Shown: positions 50,040-64,000 of the stretch, piece by piece | How the letters are laid out: the number at the start of each line of letters is the position of its first letter | How positions within the stretch are numbered: position 1 is the stretch's first letter | NCBI RefSeq assembly: GCF_013315695.1 | Contig: NZ_CP054353.1 | From: Escherichia coli | GTDB taxonomy: Bacteria; Pseudomonadota; Gammaproteobacteria; Enterobacterales; Enterobacteriaceae | Length of the DNA stretch: 64,000 nucleotides | Direction: 5' to 3' (one strand) | Program-made: the position numbers and the translations under genes | The notes under the pieces: model-generated | Databases searched by the model: none | Seen by the model: the letters and a program-made list of their open reading frames with translations, nothing else | Told to the model about the DNA's origin: nothing

Positions 50040-51416
50040 ATGAAAATTATCATTCTGGGTGCCGGCCAGGTTGGCGGCACACTGGCGGAAAACCTGGTTG
50101 GCGAGAACAACGATATCACTGTTGTCGATACCAACGGTGAGCGTCTGCGGACCTTGCAGGATAAATTTGACCTGCGAGTCGTGCAGGGACATGGCTCTCA
50201 TCCACGCGTATTGCGGGAGGCAGGTGCCGACGACGCCGATATGCTGGTTGCTGTAACCAGTTCAGATGAAACCAATATGGTTGCCTGCCAGGTAGCCTAC
50301 TCACTTTTCAACACCCCTAATCGCATCGCTCGTATCCGCTCACCAGACTACGTGCGCGATGCCGATAAGCTATTTCATTCAGATGCTGTACCGATTGATC
50401 ATCTGATCGCACCAGAGCAGTTGGTTATCGATAATATTTACCGACTGATTGAGTATCCCGGCGCATTGCAGGTGGTAAACTTCGCTGAGGGTAAAGTCAG
50501 CCTGGCTGTGGTTAAAGCCTATTACGGCGGCCCGCTGATTGGTAATGCACTTTCGACCATGCGCGAACATATGCCACATATCGATACTCGTGTGGCAGCA
50601 ATTTTCCGCCATGATCGCCCCATTCGTCCGCAAGGTTCGACCATTGTTGAAGCTGGTGATGAAGTGTTCTTTATTGCCGCTTCACAGCATATCCGCGCGG
50701 TGATGAGTGAATTACAGCGACTGGAAAAACCGTATAAGCGGATCATGCTGGTTGGTGGTGGTAATATCGGTGCAGGGCTGGCGCGTCGTCTGGAAAAAGA
50801 TTACAGCGTCAAACTCATCGAACGTAATCAGCAGCGCGCTGCCGAACTGGCGGAAAAGTTGCAGAATACGATCGTCTTTTTTGGTGATGCGTCGGATCAA
50901 GAACTGCTGGCCGAAGAACATATCGATCAAGTTGATCTGTTTATTGCTGTCACCAACGATGACGAAGCCAATATCATGTCCGCCATGCTTGCCAAACGTA
51001 TGGGTGCGAAAAAGGTGATGGTATTGATCCAGCGTCGCGCTTATGTGGATCTGGTTCAGGGGAGCGTGATCGATATTGCGATTTCACCGCAACAAGCAAC
51101 TATTTCTGCGTTGCTTAGCCATGTGCGAAAAGCTGATATTGTTGGTGTTTCCTCACTGCGCCGCGGCGTAGCAGAAGCTATTGAAGCCGTTGCTCACGGT
51201 GATGAAAGCACCTCACGCGTTGTCGGCAGAGTCATTGATGAAATCAAGCTACCGCCAGGAACGATTATTGGAGCGGTGGTACGTGGAAACGACGTGATGA
51301 TTGCCAATGACAATCTGCGCATTGAGCAAGGCGATCACGTAATTATGTTCCTCACAGATAAAAAGTTTATTACCGACGTCGAAAGACTCTTCCAGCCAAG
51401 TCCTTTCTTCTTGTAA
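50040..51416 (+). CDS. trkA: Potassium uptake regulatory protein TrkA (tandem NAD-binding domains)
   Basis: 458 aa with two Rossmann motifs ([14 protein letters not shown]; [14 protein letters not shown]). Confidence 0.95.
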   Translation: MKIIILGAGQVGGTLAENLVGENNDITVVDTNGERLRTLQDKFDLRVVQGHGSHPRVLREAGADDADMLVAVTSSDETNMVACQVAYSLFNTPNRIARIRSPDYVRDADKLFHSDAVPIDHLIAPEQLVIDNIYRLIEYPGALQVVNFAEGKVSLAVVKAYYGGPLIGNALSTMREHMPHIDTRVAAIFRHDRPIRPQGSTIVEAGDEVFFIAASQHIRAVMSELQRLEKPYKRIMLVGGGNIGAGLARRLEKDYSVKLIERNQQRAAELAEKLQNTIVFFGDASDQELLAEEHIDQVDLFIAVTNDDEANIMSAMLAKRMGAKKVMVLIQRRAYVDLVQGSVIDIAISPQQATISALLSHVRKADIVGVSSLRRGVAEAIEAVAHGDESTSRVVGRVIDEIKLPPGTIIGAVVRGNDVMIANDNLRIEQGDHVIMFLTDKKFITDVERLFQPSPFFL

Positions 51417-51429
51417 TTAATAAGGCGTC

Positions 51430-51460
51430 TAATGACGCCTTATTATTTCCCTTTGATTAT
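51430..51460 (+). terminator. Candidate intrinsic terminator after trkA
   Basis: aataaggcgtc taat gacgccttatt perfect hairpin followed by atttcc. Confidence 0.45.
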
Positions 51461-51545
51461 CAGGGATTAATTAAATTCACTCCTGGCAGGAAAATAGCTT
51501 AACATTTGTTAGACTTATGATTGTCGGCTTCATAGGGAGAATAAC

Positions 51546-51956
51546 ATGAGCATTATTAAAGAATTTCGCGAATTTGCGATGCGCGGGAACGTGGTGGATT
51601 TGGCGGTGGGTGTCATTATCGGTGCGGCATTCGGGAAGATTGTATCTTCACTGGTTGCCGATATCATTATGCCACCTCTGGGGTTATTAATTGGCGGGAT
51701 CGATTTCAAACAGTTTGCTGTCACGCTACGCGATGCGCAGGGGGATATCCCTGCTGTTGTGATGCATTACGGTGTCTTCATTCAAAACGTCTTTGATTTT
51801 CTGATTGTAGCCTTTGCCATCTTTATGGCGATTAAGCTAATCAACAAACTGAATCGGAAAAAAGAAGAACCAGCAGCCGCGCCTGCACCAACTAAAGAAG
51901 AAGTATTACTGACAGAAATTCGTGATTTGCTGAAAGAGCAGAATAACCGCTCTTAA
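51546..51956 (+). CDS. mscL: Large-conductance mechanosensitive channel
   Basis: 136-aa translation [59 protein letters not shown]... Confidence 0.97.
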
Positions 51957-52171
51957 CAAGCGCCTGAAAGCAGAAGGCCAGTGGTAAAAAAGTGATTTAC
52001 TTTCTTGCCACTGGCCTCCCAGTTCCCCCGATTGCCATGTTTTCCTTTTCGCATGTAACTGCCTTTCCCTTTCTTATTTCTCTCTACGCGCTGTCGGAAT
52101 AAGGGATCATGTAGTAATGCTTCTATCGCATTATCCTTTATCTGCCCTTTAGTATGCTGATATCGGCTCAT
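51953..52171 (-). CDS. arfA: Alternative ribosome-rescue factor A
   Basis: 72-aa translation [72 protein letters not shown]; convergent with mscL with a 4-bp overlap. Confidence 0.9.
   Translation of the reverse strand: MSRYQHTKGQIKDNAIEALLHDPLFRQRVERNKKGKGSYMRKGKHGNRGNWEASGKKVNHFFTTGLLLSGAC
51975..52017 (-). promoter_or_regulatory. Hairpin inside the arfA 3' coding region (the RNase III-processed stem that makes arfA mRNA non-stop)
   Basis: aggccagtgg ... ccactggcct 10-bp inverted repeat with a 23-nt loop, inside the last codons of arfA. Confidence 0.6.
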
Positions 52172-52226
52172 AAAAACTCCAATTGGTTATTTAACGGCGC
52201 GAGTGTAATCCTGCCAGTGTAAAAAA

Positions 52227-52652
52227 TCAACAGCCACTCTTAACGCCACTCGCCCCTTGTTCAAGAGCTTCAAGAATCGAGCAATAAACACTGCTATGGG
52301 CGGTCCCACAACAGGCATCGTTAAGGCGTTGGAGGGAACGCTGCATACTCTGCAACTCGGCTATCCGTGCTTCGACTTCCTGCAATCTTTCCTGCACAAT
52401 GCCTTTTGACTCCTGACAGGTATGGTGTTCAGGATCGATACGGATCGACAGCAACTCGCGGATCGACTCCAGACTGAAACCAAGTTGTCTGGCATGGCGG
52501 ATAAATTTCAATCGCTGGAGATCGCTTTCGGTATACAGGCGAAACCCACCTTCGGTGCGTACTTCATGCTCCATCATCTGCTGCTTTTCGTAATAACGAA
52601 TCGTGTCGGGTGTTACTTCCGCCATTTTTGCCAGCTCACCAATGCGATACAT
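52227..52652 (-). CDS. zntR: MerR-family Zn(II)-responsive regulator
   Basis: 141-aa translation MYRIGELAKMAEVTPDTIRYYEKQQMMEHEVRTEGGFRLYTESDLQRLKFIRHARQLGFSLESIRELL... with C-terminal Cys/His metal ligands. Confidence 0.93.
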   Translation of the reverse strand: MYRIGELAKMAEVTPDTIRYYEKQQMMEHEVRTEGGFRLYTESDLQRLKFIRHARQLGFSLESIRELLSIRIDPEHHTCQESKGIVQERLQEVEARIAELQSMQRSLQRLNDACCGTAHSSVYCSILEALEQGASGVKSGC

Positions 52653-52662
52653 ACATACTCCA

Positions 52663-53031
52663 CTAGTTATCGTTGATTTTGTTCAACAACTTGTCAGCAT
52701 AATCGCCGCGTAAAAAATCGGTACTCAATCCAGCTTGTCGCAGCTTCAATTCCAGTAATGACAATCGACGACTAACCTCTTGATATTGCGGATCATCATG
52801 ACGGATACCTTTGAGAATATCCAGAAGCTGTATTGCTTCCCTCCTATGCTCAAGTTCTGGCGGTAAGCAACCAGCGTTCTTCAGCAAGCGATACCCCGCA
52901 CGTAATTCCGGTGGCACATGAGAATCATCATCCAGAATCAATGGCTCGCCACTTCCCGGAAGATTATCAAACTCACCTTTGGATTGTGCCTCAGTAATAT
53001 GACGCTCTGCCCACTGGTCAAGTAACCACAT
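52663..53031 (-). CDS. yhdN: DUF1992-family protein YhdN
   Basis: 122-aa translation MWLLDQWAERHITEAQSKGEFDNLPGSGEPLILDDD... Confidence 0.85.
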   Translation of the reverse strand: MWLLDQWAERHITEAQSKGEFDNLPGSGEPLILDDDSHVPPELRAGYRLLKNAGCLPPELEHRREAIQLLDILKGIRHDDPQYQEVSRRLSLLELKLRQAGLSTDFLRGDYADKLLNKINDN

Positions 53032-53093
53032 AAATACTCCAGGGGATGAACAAAAAGAGTACAGCTATTGTAGATAAGTGGGGATACTACGGG

Positions 53094-53124
53094 TATAAAA
53101 AAACCCGCCGGGGCGGGTTTTTTT
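53094..53124 (-). terminator. Alpha-operon terminator downstream of rplQ
   Basis: aaaaaaacccgcc gggg cgggttttttt, a symmetric hairpin with A/T runs on both sides, 14 bp after the rplQ stop. Confidence 0.65.
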
Positions 53125-53137
53125 ACGTTGCTTCAGA

Positions 53138-53545
<408 letters not shown>

Positions 53546-53561
53546 TTAACCTGTGATCCGG

Positions 53562-54551
53562 TTACTCGTCAGCGATGCTTGCCGGTGGCCAGTTTTCCAG
53601 GCGCATGCCCAGAGACAGTCCACGGGAAGCCAGCACGTCTTTAATCTCAGTAAGAGATTTTTTACCAAGGTTAGGCGTTTTAAGGAGCTCAACCTCGGTA
53701 CGCTGTACCAGATCACCGATATAGTGGATAGCTTCTGCTTTAAGGCAGTTAGCAGAGCGGACAGTCAATTCCAGATCGTCAACAGGGCGCAGCAGGATCG
53801 GATCGAACTCTGGTTTCTCTTCTTTCACTTCAGGCTGACGTACATCACGTAAGTCAACGAAAGCTTCCAGTTGTTCAGCCAGAATGGTTGCCGCACGACG
53901 AATCGCCTCTTCAGGATCGATTGTGCCGTTGGTTTCCATTTCGATGACCAGCTTGTCCAGGTCGGTACGCTGTTCTACACGCGCTGCTTCAACATTGTAG
54001 GCAATACGCTCCACAGGGCTGTAGCATGCGTCGACCAGCAGACGGCCGATTGGGCGCTCATCTTCTTCCGAATGAATTCGGGTAGAAGCCGGCACATAAC
54101 CACGACCGCGCTGAACTTTGATACGCATGCTAATAGACGCGTTCTCATCGGTCAGGTGGCAGATCACGTGCTGCGGCTTGACGATTTCGACATCACCGTC
54201 GTGGGTGATATCGGCTGCAGTCACAGGGCCAATGCCAGATTTATTCAAGGTAAGAATAACTTCATCTTTGCCCTGAACTCTCACCGCCAGCCCTTTCAGG
54301 TTGAGCAGGATTTCCAGGATATCTTCCTGAACGCCTTCTTTGGTGCTGTACTCATGTAGTACACCATCAATCTCAACCTCGGTCACCGCGCAACCCGGCA
54401 TCGATGAGAGCAGAATACGGCGCAGTGCGTTACCCAGAGTATGGCCAAAGCCACGCTCTAAAGGCTCAAGGGTCACCTTGGCGTGCGTCGAACTCACTTG
54501 CTCGATATCAACCAGGCGCGGTTTTAGAAACTCTGTCACAGAACCCTGCAT
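53562..54551 (-). CDS. rpoA: RNA polymerase alpha subunit
   Basis: 329-aa translation [53 protein letters not shown]... Confidence 0.98.
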
Positions 54552-54576
54552 TGTGTCCTCTCTTTGGTACTAAGCT

Positions 54577-55623
<1,047 letters not shown>

Positions 55624-55636
55624 TCAATCACCCCGA

Positions 55637-57619
<1,983 letters not shown>

Positions 57620-57626
57620 CTGCTAC

Positions 57627-58760
<1,134 letters not shown>

Positions 58761-58765
58761 CTACC

Positions 58766-60073
<1,308 letters not shown>

Positions 60074-60100
60074 TTACTCCCGTGATTCAATTGGTGACAA

Positions 60101-60409
<309 letters not shown>

Positions 60410-60420
60410 GTAACCCTACC

Positions 60421-61776
<1,356 letters not shown>

Positions 61777-61809
61777 TAGAAAAAATAAACGGCTCATTTC
61801 TGAGCCGTT
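61777..61809 (-). terminator. S10-operon terminator downstream of rpsQ
   Basis: Minus-strand hairpin aaacggctca gaaa tgagccgttt followed by a U-run (atttttt in the transcript), 27 bp after the rpsQ stop. Confidence 0.6.
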
Positions 61810-61835
61810 TATTCGTATCGAGAGAGTGTACTGTA

Positions 61836-63764
<1,929 letters not shown>

Positions 63765-63769
63765 CTACC

Positions 63770-64000
<231 letters not shown>

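Overview
The window reads as an Escherichia coli-type chromosomal segment, almost all of it ordinary core genome. I see no defence system, CRISPR array or prophage; the only stretch with a real claim to being undescribed is an ~8.5 kb sugar-catabolism island between accC and yhdT. All identifications come from reading the supplied translations and sequence against remembered K-12 proteins and RNAs; no database search or computation was run.

Gene order across the window:
- yhdP (5' part), rng, yhdE, mreDCB, csrD, acuI
- an unassigned 276-codon ORF, then accB and accC
- the ~8.5 kb island: ABC sugar transporter, two paralogous pfkB-family kinases, a GatY/KbaY-like class II aldolase, a possible mutarotase-like protein, and a DeoR-family regulator
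- yhdT, panF, prmA, dusB, fis, yhdJ, yhdU
- acrS, acrE, and acrF truncated at its 3' end by an IS1 element
- yhdV, yhdWXYZ
- the rrnD ribosomal RNA operon on the minus strand (16S, tRNA-Ile, tRNA-Ala, 23S, 5S, tRNA-Thr, 5S)
- yrdA, yrdB, aroE, tsaC, yrdD, smg, dprA, def, fmt, rsmB, trkA, mscL, arfA, zntR, yhdN
- the alpha, spc and distal S10 ribosomal-protein operons, from rplQ through a partial rpsS

Other points worth a second look are the IS1-associated loss of the acrF 3' end, the unassigned ORF between acuI and accB, and a few small sequence signals.
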